Shown here in pieces: positions 51,935-64,000 of a stretch of 64,000 bases of DNA. The position numbers and the translations under genes are program-made. Position 1 is the first letter of the stretch. Every line of letters begins with the position of its first letter. Under the pieces are notes generated by a model. That model did not search any database. It was given only the letters and a program-made list of their open reading frames with translations, and was not told the origin of the DNA. The DNA comes from Tubulanus polymorphus (lineage: Eukaryota > Animalia > Nemertea), in the NCBI RefSeq assembly GCF_964204645.1, contig NC_134026.1, forward strand, positions 16,898,150 to 16,962,149, written 5' to 3'.

Positions 51935-52800
51935 TTGTAAACAACTGATTTATCAGTGGGGGAGAACAACGGAATAGCGCAAAGTTACTTCTCATTTATT
52001 TCTAGAGGGGAAGCAGGTCTAATAGGTTTAACTGGTTGCTGTAATATTTCATCGCAAATAATTCCCCCACCTCTGTCCGACAAAGACGATTTCCCCTGAA
52101 TTAATAGTTAACCCTTTTTCGATGAGTCTTTTGAAAAAGAGGCTTCTGGGAAATTGAAATGAATTTCTTAAAGGAAGTATAAGATTATACCCCTGTGTCC
52201 TGGAATAGATCAATCTACTGCTTCAAGATCTCCCTTCGATAAAAACATTTTACATGCCATCCGATCCTGTACACTGCCGGGCCTGATGTCTAAAAAATTG
52301 TCAATTCAGTAATATTTCCGTATCGTATCGTTATTAGCTAAACACTATTTTATGTTGCTCTCATTAAGATTGGCTATGGGTAGTAGCTATTTAGCTCAAT
52401 ATGTTGTGTGGTGTTTTCATGCGCACGATTGTCTTATTCATTGTTTTCAACATGGAGCTCTTCGGCGTCCGAAAAATGTGGGGGTACCAGACTGAATAAG
52501 TAGGCTCCAGTCAGGTTTCTTCCATCAGGTCCTTATGGACTCACTAGAACGAACAAGTTGAAGTGTATAGTTTTGTTCGAGCGTTTCTAGTCGAGAGAGT
52601 ATTTTACGTTGGCAGCTAGCCAGAGCTAATCATCGATCCAAAATAAGTTTCCAGATCCCCCAATTATGCTTAATTACCTGACCAATGAGAGACCGGTACG
52701 AGCTGGAGCTCCTCTTGACGTCACCATAGCGACGAGGTCAGTGTCGTCCTCTTGATGGCTTGACAGGTGCGTGACAGTAGAGAGGATTTCTACTAAAAGC
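51935..52800. promoter_or_regulatory. Putative bidirectional promoter / 5' UTR region of ATG10 and SSBP
   Basis: 866 bp between the divergent start codons. CCAAT at 52682 and a CRE palindrome TGACGTCA at 52716-52723. Confidence 0.6.
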
Positions 52801-52856
52801 ATGTACGCGAAGGGGAAAGGGTCTACTGTGCCCTCCGATGCTCAAGCCAGAGAAAA
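52801..52856 (+). CDS. SSBP: SSBP2/3/4-family (Ssdp) exon 1
   Basis: MYAKGKGSTVPSDAQAREK|gtgagt, the conserved SSDP N-terminus. Confidence 0.95.
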
Positions 52857-53301
52857 GTGAGTACATAAACGACCCAAATTATCTAGTAGGCCTCCGAAAC
52901 AGCCTTCGGTTGAAATTAAGATATTTCAATCTTGGTCTGAATTTGTTGTTCGGTGCAAAAAGAAGCCCTTTCAACATCAATATCCGATGCATATGGCGCT
53001 GTTCCGTGTAGACCCCTCCGTAAAAACCAATCATAAATATCGTTTAACCCTGATATAATCGTTGGTTTCGCTTCGCCGATTAAACCACTCGTGACTGTTT
53101 ATGGCGAAAGTATGAACCGTCACCGATCCCGAATTATTGCACCCTGATAAAGGAAAAAACTATGAGTTCTCGCTGTATTTTGGCCCATGCTTGCGAGATA
53201 TAAATAATGGCGGCGGCCATCATTCCATCGTTCCGTTCTATTGTACGTAATACACAACATAGAAGAGCAGCCAGATTCATTCGCTAAACTTCGTTTTACA
53301 G

Positions 53302-53374
53302 GTTAGCATTATACGTTTATGAATATTTACTACATGTTGGAGCTCAGAAAAGTGCACAAACATTTCTATCAGAG
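53302..53374 (+). CDS. SSBP: SSBP/Ssdp exon 2 (LisH)
   Basis: tttacag|[24 protein letters not shown]|gtaaga. Confidence 0.97.
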
Positions 53375-56300
53375 GTAAGAGAAAGATTCTTGTATAATTT
53401 GGACATCCAAGTCAATGCTGTCCAATGACGTACAGTGCTGCACCCTATTATTATATAAAGCCGTTGTATGTTTTGGAAAACGTTTTGAAATCTCAATTTC
53501 AACAACTTTCATTTAGGTTATAGCTGAACTTTTGTCTGCTGGGCTCAAGTGCATATTATCCGCACCTTGCATGATCTATGCAATCTATTGACTATTGAAT
53601 TACAAAACACTATTCCAGGCTCTACGTCTCTAAGAATCCAATGCAATGATCTGTATACCGTATATTCACTATAATCTGGATTTTTGGCCTGATTTTTAAC
53701 TCAGGATTGTCATATTGGATTTGGTTATCCTAATGCAGACATGACACAAATTCTTACTGAAACGATGTGATGGTAAACAGTGCATTACGACAACATTTAT
53801 CGCATTTCAGTCAACTGGCACTGTAGTTACTAATGCTAACCGAATTGTTTGATATCATAGTTAAAACGATAAGAAAATATCATTTTCCTGTATCGAATCG
53901 AGTGGATCGTGAAACATCATCTTAGCTAATATTTTTGACGAAACTCCCATTTATGCAGGTTAGCAATTTAGATTTACCAATGCCATCCAGTGCAATCGTG
54001 ATGATGTCGAGACAAAAACTATCAAGTGGAGCGAGATTAAACCAATGTGCACTGAATCCCTGATGACATTCTAATTTTGAATTGTGATCTTCAATGTAAT
54101 TGAATGATGCATTTATAAGAGGTGTGGATCTGCACTTTTTTACCGTCAGCTGGCTCCGAAGAAGGTGAAATGGACATTTTTCTAGTGACCAGGTTCTTGA
54201 GAATATGATATCAAAGCAGTGGAAAACATTCTTGAGCTTTTCTAACCTTGAGAAACCAGACTGTGGTTAGGTTATAGATCCGATACAAACCACATCCAGG
54301 AATGGGAGGTTATTTTTCAATGAAAATTTCATCAGTCAATTCTACTGATGAGTACCCTAACTTGTCTCCTATTTCTTACTGCAGGATATTTTAAGGCCTA
54401 TAGGGTTTAAGCCATTTGGGACACCTATCGCCTTCATTCTGTGCCCTTCATTTTAAAGTCTAATTAGACTCGTCATTGGGCAACAATACGACATATGAGG
54501 TTGATAAATGATTTGATTTTAAAATAGAAACAAAATCTGTGAGTATGTGCATATATTTTCGTCATTCAGTCCAAGTTAATTGATATATGAATGACTACAG
54601 CACTTTGTGTAAACAGGCACCTTGTAATCGTTGTACCTGTTGATCTTTCTAAACCATCATTATGCTGGAAGCCATATCTCAATCTAAAATTTTATTCGTA
54701 GTTCAGTAATATACTCTAATTGGTACGGCTTGAGTTTCATTACCTTTTATGAAGTAGTATTCAAATAAACAAGATTAAATCTCAAAGCAGCAAAAATATC
54801 AAATTCAATCTGATCTTATTCAGCTAACAAACCCAATTCAATTTTATTTAGTATGAATCGTGAGTCAAAATCAACATGAAGTTCAACTGCTAGATACACT
54901 GTCAACACTTGTTGAAAAATGCGAGAAATATTATTCATTGGCTCCTCTGGAAATGTTATTCTATATCAGCTGGTCCGTAGAGCATTCTTTGTTACATAGT
55001 TCTTCAATGTATGACATCAATACTGAAGCTTCAGGGCCCATGAGCCTCATCCTTTAACTGATTTTCGTAAAGTTTTCAAGATGTTTTCTGCTCTTTAAAT
55101 GTCGTAAGTGACAAGCTAAACGTCAGCGGGAAAGATGTATGTAACCTTGATTTTATTTGTTGTCAGAGGGCAAATACAGAGACCCCAATTTCGGAAATGA
55201 GGTTTTTTCGGTCTGCCTCCGAAACTTTAGGTGCCATTTTACCATGACTTTTTAGTCCTTGAATAGACGCTTCGAATGATGTATCATTTAACTTCATACC
55301 ACACTTAATCTCTGGTAGTGCCTCTCAAAAAACAACAGGGACAATGAGGACCCTGTGCCACCAGCTATCCCGCTAGATGGCGTGCGTAACAGTGCGATAA
55401 CCTCGTCAAAATCTAGTTCATTTTCAATGAACTTTCATCTAGATTTTTAGCTTCCCTCGTCAGAAATTAGGCAAATCACTCATATTTAAGGTGGTTTTTA
55501 CTGATCACCATTCAAAGAATTCGAGAAATTATGGATAGACTTTAATTGAATATGAGAAGAATCCAGGAGTTGCTGTCTGAGTGCACACTAGCGAACTTGG
55601 TGAATCCTCGCTGCATCCTCGCTTGCCTCAAGTGGAATCCTCGATTGCCACAGTCGAACGTAGAGTCCTCATTAGTACAGCAGCGAGTCAATTCAATTTA
55701 GTTTATTGCAGTGCAATATGTGGTAACCATTATTGGCTCCTTACGATAAAGAGGAAGAAAAGAAAACAAGAATTAAGTGTCAAAACCAAGAATTACAAAA
55801 CATGCCTCATTCAGTGATATATTCAACAGCGCATTCAAACTTGCAGTATTAATAGTACAGTTGGTAAAACTGGCTTGAAACCGTGTAGTCCTAACATCAA
55901 CATTATTCAACATTATTTCAATGAGAATGTTTTTAGGCCAGCCGTAGGCTGAGCCTATTACTATACAAATGGAGCGAATTTGAATGACATCGTTTCCAGA
56001 GCAAAGGCTCTTTGACTGCGCAACGGAGGATGTATTCATCCAAATCATTCATTAGAGTGTTATCCATTCTCCAACCCCCATGAAGCTGAATTTTGAAAAA
56101 AAGACCTTGCTGAAATTTGTATGAGCTTTTTCGCGAAAATCTGAACGCAAAAATATTTGTTTTAAAAAGCCAATCAGCAAAGACTCCGCTGTGATTGGTT
56201 TAGCCGCAGAGATCAGCAGGTGTTCACGTGAACCCATGGTATCTTCTACCGTTTTACTTCTGGGTGTTATTTTAAGATCTAAAATTGCATTTCAAGATCG

Positions 56301-58481
56301 ATTTCTGTGAAATCTGAATTGACTTTGTTTTTGGGAGGGATATTTTCATTTGCACTTACAGAAAATATTGACAATTATGCCAGGAAAATAGCTCTTCTTA
56401 AATCGGATGGATGACCTTGATATGCTAATTAGCCATGTGCTCAAACTGCAAATTCAATCAAATTTTATTCTGCAAAAAAAATTCAATTCAATTTTACTGT
56501 ATTGCACAAATTGAATATCAAATCCAATTCAATTTTGTTGAAAATACATTTTGATCGATAGTCGATTACTACCTATACAGCCATTTCCATCATTAAACTT
56601 TGAAGTTTGAATAGAATAATAGTAGTTAATGACCTATTGAATTAGTATATATTTGGACTGATAGGATCTGTGTCTCTATAAAAATGTCTATCTATACTGC
56701 TTACCCAGAAGTTTTCAATAACCTTCGAAATCTTTTTCCAACTTGGTGTCGCTTTCGACAGATGTCTATATCCCTTTACCAATAATAGGCCGATTTTGAT
56801 TTTACTTGGTAGACTGGTACTTGAATCAAAAACCACTCGAAAGATACCCTATCAGATTAGTTCATACTCCATCCACTGGGAGGTGCTTACGATTAGTTCA
56901 TACCCCTTTCACTGGGAGGCACTAGTAAAATGCCTGAAAGTTATATAATTGAACTTATCATTACCAGATTTGGTACTAGATCCATATTTTCGGCAAGCTT
57001 ACAATTATTTGAAAAAATTTGTGCATATGATAACAAGCCAATTTGCAAAAACTCTTTATCACTTTATTCAGTCATTTGATTTTTCATTGTATTCATCTCC
57101 CAGTTATGGTGAGCATTTTGTTGGAACACCCATTTGCTGAATAGCCAGATTCCGTCATCAAATATCCTAAACCTCAATAATGTGATCGAAGAAAATGTTT
57201 GCATCATCTGTAATTATGCATTCTATTGTAGCATCTACAGGCCTCATCCAATGCAGATAGCACATTTCATGATTTGGTGGGTCTGAATTTTCGGCTCTGT
57301 AATGTTGATTATTTGCTGTCGACTGTTTTTAAGTTTCCTTATTTACCTGGCATGAAATTTTGCCTTTGGATGAATTGTATTGAATGTCTTGTATGATTGT
57401 ATGTGATCAGAATTGGCCATTTCTTGCATTTGTATATTTCCAAATGTTGAAACGTACATCCTTATTTCACTATTTCCCTGGCTATCAGCAAATGTCTGTT
57501 AAGAACAATCCTCCTGTGCAGGGATTTGAACCAGATGAAATCATCCGAAATTAAACTGTGTCATATCACACTAGTTTAGCAGTTAATTATTGTCATTAAA
57601 ACAAATAGCCGACTCTAATAGATTGCCATCTCCTGTGATAGGGAGCAGACCACCAGATGACATGACCGTCAGCTTTAATTTGTCAGAAGTTCTTCATTTT
57701 CAATCAACTTGGACTTGGATATTTAGACTTCTGAAATCAAACTTTATCATACAAGACACGAATAAGAATGACATTTGCTCCTGGTATGACATTCTGCCTC
57801 GTCTGTCGGTATAGGCCTAGTTTAAAGTGGATTCAATTTAATTTGAAATCTAGAAGAAATCCAAGTGCGGATTGGCAAAACTAGGAGTGCCTCGCAGATT
57901 CCTCAATTGTCATATAGCGTGACAGTTCATTAGATTTGAATCCCTGGTTGGGAGGATATAGGCATCAAACATGGAGTCGCAATTCGAATATGAATTATAC
58001 ATTGTTTTTACTAATTTTTGAGAAATGTATGTTGCAATTTCTAATGGTAGGTTAAAAGAAAATTGATCTAACCAAAGAAAGTGCATGATATAGCACAATG
58101 TTTTTGGCTCATTTTCATTTAACTGATGATTAGATTGGTTTATCTCCCATTGGTTTGCTTTTACATCACTTAACTTGTGTTCAAAAGTTGCTTTTTGTAT
58201 AGTAGGCTGCTCATTGGCTTTGTTATCATTAACAGTAACATTGTGTAATGTTTTAAAAGTTAAAAATGCTGTTCAAATTTATTAGAATCTTCATGGTTCA
58301 TGAAAGTGTGCTGAAATTAACTAATTCATAACCAGTTAGTCATATGAAATGCATTGGAGACAATAAGTTGCCTGCAATGATACTAAGTTAATGTCTATGA
58401 CGGACTAGGGGAATTCCATCAGCAATTTTTCAAGGGTGTCTGAGTTGATTTTTCATCTCAATGATTTTATGTTTATTTCAG

Positions 58482-58543
58482 ATAAGATGGGAAAAGAATA
58501 TAACATTAGGCGAGCCCCCTGGATTTTTACATTCGTGGTGGTG
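58482..58543 (+). CDS. SSBP: SSBP/Ssdp exon 3
   Basis: tttcag|[22 protein letters not shown]|gtaagt. Confidence 0.97.
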
Positions 58544-58813
58544 GTAAGTCCTTAGCTTTTTCTGTTTTTTCTTAAAAATAGTTCCTCACCTTAAAAAATG
58601 AATGGATTATAAGAATTGTCAACAACCTTCTAGAATTGTGGGGGGAAATTCAGTTAGCATAATTTTTTTTCTACAGGGGCCGTTTTTGCTGCTTAGTGAA
58701 GATGTACACTATTTATCCGAGTTATATTTAGTGTCTTTATAAATCGCCAACTGCAACTGGGTCCAGGATCGTAACTCTTAACCCAATATATCCAATTTTC
58801 TTCATTTTTTCAG

Positions 58814-58898
58814 TGTTTTCTGGGATTTATACTGCGCAGCACCAGAACGTAGGGACACATGTGATCATTCTAGTGAAGCTAAAGCATTTCATGATTAT
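58814..58898 (+). CDS. SSBP: SSBP/Ssdp exon 4
   Basis: tttcag|[29 protein letters not shown]|gtaagt. Confidence 0.97.
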
Positions 58899-61800
58899 GT
58901 AAGTAATGGATAATGCGTACATTCTTTAATCTATGCATACGTTCTTTAATTTGCTTTAAAGTGTCTTATCACCAGGTGCACATATTGACTAGCCGAATTT
59001 GAAAATATCATCAGACAGAATTGATCAACGAATGAAAGTCACCCACTGACAAAATAGCCTCCAGCAGGTTTATACCCACCAACTCTGTTGTGGGTCAGGC
59101 ACTTGAGCCTGTCCAAGTCGTGATTTGATTGGTTGATGAATTATATTCATATTTCTAAGCCTTTCTGCCGTTCACATCAGACCTTATTGTCTCCATGATT
59201 ATTATTGAAATCAAATATTATTACATACAATTGAAATCAAATATTATTACATACAGTTTTCTGCCCATTCGGCAGATACCCTAGTATGTAATTCTCGTGA
59301 TTATCACGTCGCTCATTCAATATGGCCACCATGCTGGACATCGTTCACGACGCATTGTAGGAAAATTAATGTACTTATACACTGTTTTACTGTTGCTTAA
59401 TGCCAGTTTTTCCCGTCATCAAGTCCCACGTTTTAGACGGATTGGTGGTCTAAGGAGTCACAATATGGCCACCATGCTGGACATCGTTGATTTCTTGTTA
59501 CCGCTCTACAGACATTGAATAATGTGGGATTTCTTAAAAATCCGAAAGGTGTAATGGGATGGCCTATGGATTACACATTGAAAATCAGCTTTCTTGCTCA
59601 TTCGATATATGGCTGTCACAGCAGACATCTTGAATTTCTAGTTAGTGTCTTGATATTGGATTTATGCATGTATCTACCCTAGACACACTTGCCAGCCAAA
59701 TTATATTCAAGATAGCCGACCAGCAGCCATTATAACCTGCAATGAAGTGCAGTGATATAGGCCTACTGGAGTCAACCCATCTGTGGCCTGTCAATGGACA
59801 CAAGAATAAACAAACACGAACAAAATGGCGGTCTTTCTCGCCAATTTAAAGCTCAATTTTCGATAGTATTCATCAATCCTTCAAAACAGTATAAAATGGA
59901 TATAAAAATGATGATTTATCTGGACTGCACGAAATTAAACAAAATATCCCAAAAAGATCGTGGACAATAGAAAATAAATAGACTTTAGCAATCTTTTGTT
60001 ACCACGATCAAATGCAAAATTGTTGTTCTTGACATGCTTTATCAGGGTGGTCACTTACCTGGAAAATCAGGGAAAATTCCGCTAAGAATCAGGGAATTTA
60101 ATTTGAGATTGCTAGATAAAATCAAATAGTTTGTGTCTAGACGTCTTACGTACATGTTTGACTGTTAATTGATTGGATCCTTAGCTTATCAAGTCATGCA
60201 AAATAACTTAAATGTCAGAGAAAAGCAAGTCATTGACTGTCAATGAATGTTGCCATCTTGTCTATGATAATGGTAAGTTTCAAGGTAATTTGGTTTTTGT
60301 GGGGGTGTTGAATAGCGGAATAACATGGTATTTCCATATTTTTTGGTACCTAGGCATTTTTTTCTTTCATTGGCTGTGACAATTTTTGTAGTGATCAGAT
60401 TCATGTGAAAAATGGGGGAAAATGAATATTCATGTGAAAAATGTGTAAATTTGGGAAAATGAAAGAAATGGGATTAGAGGAGTAGTCAAATCCTGGTTAT
60501 CTTCCATTTATCCCCATTCTCGGCTACTGCCAAGTTCCGAATTGATAAATGCTAAACGTCATATCCGCCATGCGCCACACAATTTTCTGAACCAATCTTA
60601 GTTCATTCTCGTTCGATTATCCACCAATGAAAATATTTAACACATGTATACGAAGTACAAATTTACTCATGGGCAACAATTGGGCAACATATATATTGAT
60701 TATTTTATGTAAGGCAGAGTTCAATAAAACAGTTTATCTATACTATCTATAACTATAAAGCAGAAGGGATGGTATTTACTGCGACGCATTGTTGGGAAAT
60801 TAATGTATGTTCTCATACATTGTTTTACTGTTGCTTAATGCCAGTTTTTCACATCATCAAGTCCCACGTTTTAGACGGATTGGTGGTCCAAAAGGTCACA
60901 ATATTCATTTTAAAGGTAGGGGCACACAGCTAACTTTTTCGTCCGATTACGGCAAATTTATAAATCGCCCGAAAAAATCACTCATGTGACCACTCACGGC
61001 GACGACAATTTCGTTGGCTGCTCCCCCCTGAAGTGGTTTTTAGCGTGGTTAGTGGTTTTTAGTTTGATGCGTACAGAAATATGAAACATGTTACTGAGGT
61101 ACTATTGATAAATGATTAATTCGAACATTTCCTTTCATATTTCGATTTAACTGAAAAAAATTTGATTTGTTACTGATAGCACTTTTCAGAGTTTTGCAGC
61201 CCTGAATATAAAATAATTGTAAGGAATTTACCTTACTACCAGAACTGGTATTTTTACCTTATATTTTTACACACAGCATATTTATCTCTTCCATTTCTAC
61301 TGTCATTTTTACCACTTTATAACCACCTACCATAATGCTTAATAATAATATAATGCTATAATAATACTAACGTCAATATATTACTTACCCCTTTAAGGGT
61401 TTCGTACAAGTTCGTACACCTCCTGGAATTCCTGGATTTACTGGAATTCGAATAAAATCAATTCCAGGACCTTGAATTCCTGGAATTTCAGGATCTTGGT
61501 CATCTAAAAATTTTCTAGTTATTATCGTGGTCAGTTTCGTTTTCAAAGTGTTGTTTGTGCCGGTATGATTTGTGATGTGCCTATACATTGTAAGTGTATA
61601 GAGCATCTGGCTCAAGTCTTCATAATTAGGCAATTAGTAGTCACCATTATTCATAGCTAGTAAATTGTGGACACTTAATGTTCTAAAAAATAAAGGTATT
61701 CCTTAATTGTATCTCTGTAATTTAGATAATGACTGTAGACTCAAGTTGAGGACTACCACTGTTAAATTGATAAAGCTTGAATAGGTAAAATGAAAGAATC

Positions 61801-62783
61801 ATATCAGTGAAGTTAACCAGGGTTCCCTCATGTTTTAGCATGAAAGCCAGAGCACCTCTTTATCAAATATGTGGGTCCGCTTGGCCGTTCGATGTTGGGC
61901 AACACAGCCAAGTTAATGCGAACCATAAACATGGATAGGCCTACCCGATTTTGTACAGTGACATTGCAAGTGACATTGGTATTTCAAGACCAGAATCAAT
62001 AGTCGCCATCACACGGAGATGATTTGGCCAAATTCGGCCTGTGCCTAATCATAGAGAGCGCACTCACAAACCACTCACTCGATACTAAACAATTTTCAAA
62101 AAAAGCAAAGTGGATCATTTTCCAGTGCCAGTTGCAATTCAAATGCAATGATTTGTCCCGTGTTAAAATTTGGCTTGAACCTGGTCTGACGTTTTTGGCC
62201 TAACAATCTGAAGCCCTTATGACACCCAAGCGAACAGTTGTTCCTGGCCAAATTTGGCACAAAAAGGCTCGTGTGATCGCGGCTATAGATAGGCCTTAGT
62301 TTACCAACATTTTGCTTGACATGACACAGGAATTCCAGTTGCCCTGAAGTGTACAAACCCTGCATTATGACCAATCAGACTTCATTTTTCAATTCGGTTA
62401 AAACATTCAAAATCTAAGTATTTTAGTTTGTTTTATTTCCTTTTGTCATGGTTCATTGAAGATAATTTTAAAAAGCTATCAAATAGATTATTCTGGCAAC
62501 CAATCTTTGCTGATTGAAAAAAGGACACAGGGTGTACAGGTAAGAATGTTCATCAATGAATTGTTTCTCTTTCTCTTTGAGACCATCATTGATTCTGTTG
62601 CAGGCTCAATATCTGATTAAGTTTGTACTACATGCTATGGAAGGAGATCTTAACTGTCATCTGATATGCTAAAATTTCGTCTCATTACTGAAAAACCAAT
62701 TTGAAAGTGTAGACCGCATAGAATAGGACAAGGAATGCTCATTTTGTGCCTGAATCAGATACATAATTCAGTAGAAATATGTA

Positions 62784-62971
62784 CTTTTCTCACCAATTAA
62801 TGTATAATGCTTCATCTGGGAAGGACCTCCGAAAATTGGAAGGCGGGGTCTAAAAGAAAAGGTGGGGCATTTTTAGGATAAAGTAGCCAAATGTCCCACC
62901 TTTTCTTTAAGACCCCCGATTTTCGGAGGTCCTTCCCAGATGAAGCATTATACATTACTTCGTGAGAAAAG
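62784..62971. mobile_element. Foldback MITE (MULE-like)
   Basis: Long imperfect palindrome (AATGTATAATGCTTCATCTGGGAAGGACCTCCGAAAAT and its reverse complement). Flanks AAATATGTA/AAATAAGCA resemble a decayed 9-bp TSD. Confidence 0.7.
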
Positions 62972-63743
62972 AAATAAGCAGGGGGCTACCTTCAAGGTTG
63001 AAATTTCTGAAAGAATCCATCCGAAAAGATGCAATCTAGAGGATGCAACCTGAGAAGGCAGGTATCAGGACCTCCAAAACCACCCCCTAAATCTACCCTT
63101 GTTTATGCTCATATGCCCTGAAATTTTCAACTTGACGAGTTAGTCGTGATGTCATGTCATACACTGTCAGTCATACAAGCACATTGACTACTGTCACGTG
63201 GTCAGAAGAGTCTACACTGCTGTGATGACATTTGGAGCACAAGAATTGTATATGCAAATAGGGAATGATGGGCTAATAGTTGCCATGGTGACATAGAAAT
63301 TGGTTGTCATATTTATAGTGTCCTGGTAATATCTTATAAACACGTTTATTGTGTAGGAGCTTGGTCCCTTATTTTTTGGATTTCTAAATTGCAGTTGTCC
63401 GATTGTGTTAAATGCTACTATGATTTGCATGTTGGTTCAGTGTCTATTGATTAGCTGTATCAATTTATTGATCCCTTACTGCACTACCAGCCACTTCACT
63501 TTGCTGCTCTAGTTACTTATACCCCTATATTTAATGTATTTGAATGCATTTAGATGTATAACTTCTGAAAAAGGCTAAATCCATTAAGATTTTGGTCCTA
63601 AAATTATGATAGAATTAGTTCCAGGGGAATAAAGTATAAATGAATTAGGCCTATATCAGGAATGATTTAAACGTATTGAACAATGAAGGTCATTAACCTT
63701 TTTAAGTGGCCATAGCCTAAATGTTCCTTTTGTTTTTTTTCAG

Positions 63744-63785
63744 GGTTTTGTTAATTCAGGGTATGCAGTAAATGGTATAGCACAT
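63744..63785 (+). CDS. SSBP: SSBP/Ssdp exon 5 (42-nt microexon)
   Basis: Long polypyrimidine tract + cag|GFVNSGYAVNGIAH|gtaagt, phase 0/0. Resembles the GFV.SGY.VNG segment that follows FHDY in insect Ssdp. Confidence 0.85.
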
Positions 63786-64000
63786 GTAAGTTAATATTTT
63801 AATGTTGCATCTCTTCCTTCCTCATGTCATACTTACTAACTATAACTAAATTTAGACCTGGGTTAAGCATTTGTGTGAATTGATTTTAGAATTTTGATAG
63901 ATTTATCAGTTCATCATTTGCTCATCATTAAGAAGTTGCAAACCTAAAATCATCATTTCTAGTGGAATCAAATCAAATTTTTGTAGAACCTGGACCATCC

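Noticed and set aside
53208-53287. ATGGCGGCGGCC start of a separate gene
   Set aside because: It stops after 26 codons and lies in SSBP intron 1.

Overview
This is AT-rich, intron-containing animal genomic DNA, probably from an invertebrate bilaterian. It holds two head-to-head host genes. ATG10 is on the minus strand with four coding exons between 51934 and 7526; its last exon probably lies left of the window. SSBP/SSDP (LUFS/LisH protein) is on the plus strand with five exons between 52801 and 63785 and continues to the right. The ATG10 introns are packed with transposable elements: two DIRS tyrosine-recombinase retrotransposons, an L2-type LINE, Helentron/HINE-like elements with 154-bp internal repeats, a 31-bp palindromic satellite, and piggyBac-, Harbinger-, Tc/mariner-, MULE- and hAT-like MITEs. 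The most unusual object is a 14.3-kb P-superfamily DNA transposon (14290-28632, perfect 37-bp TIRs, 7-bp TSD) carrying two convergent spliced genes. One is a P-type transposase whose N-terminus resembles the RAG1/Chapaev N-terminal zinc module rather than THAP and which stops just after the catalytic Glu. The other is a separate gene resembling the missing P-transposase C-terminal domain. A DIRS element sits inside that second gene, and an L2 LINE sits inside the DIRS recombinase; both empty sites can be rebuilt in frame. All calls come from reading the sequence by eye; no searches were run.
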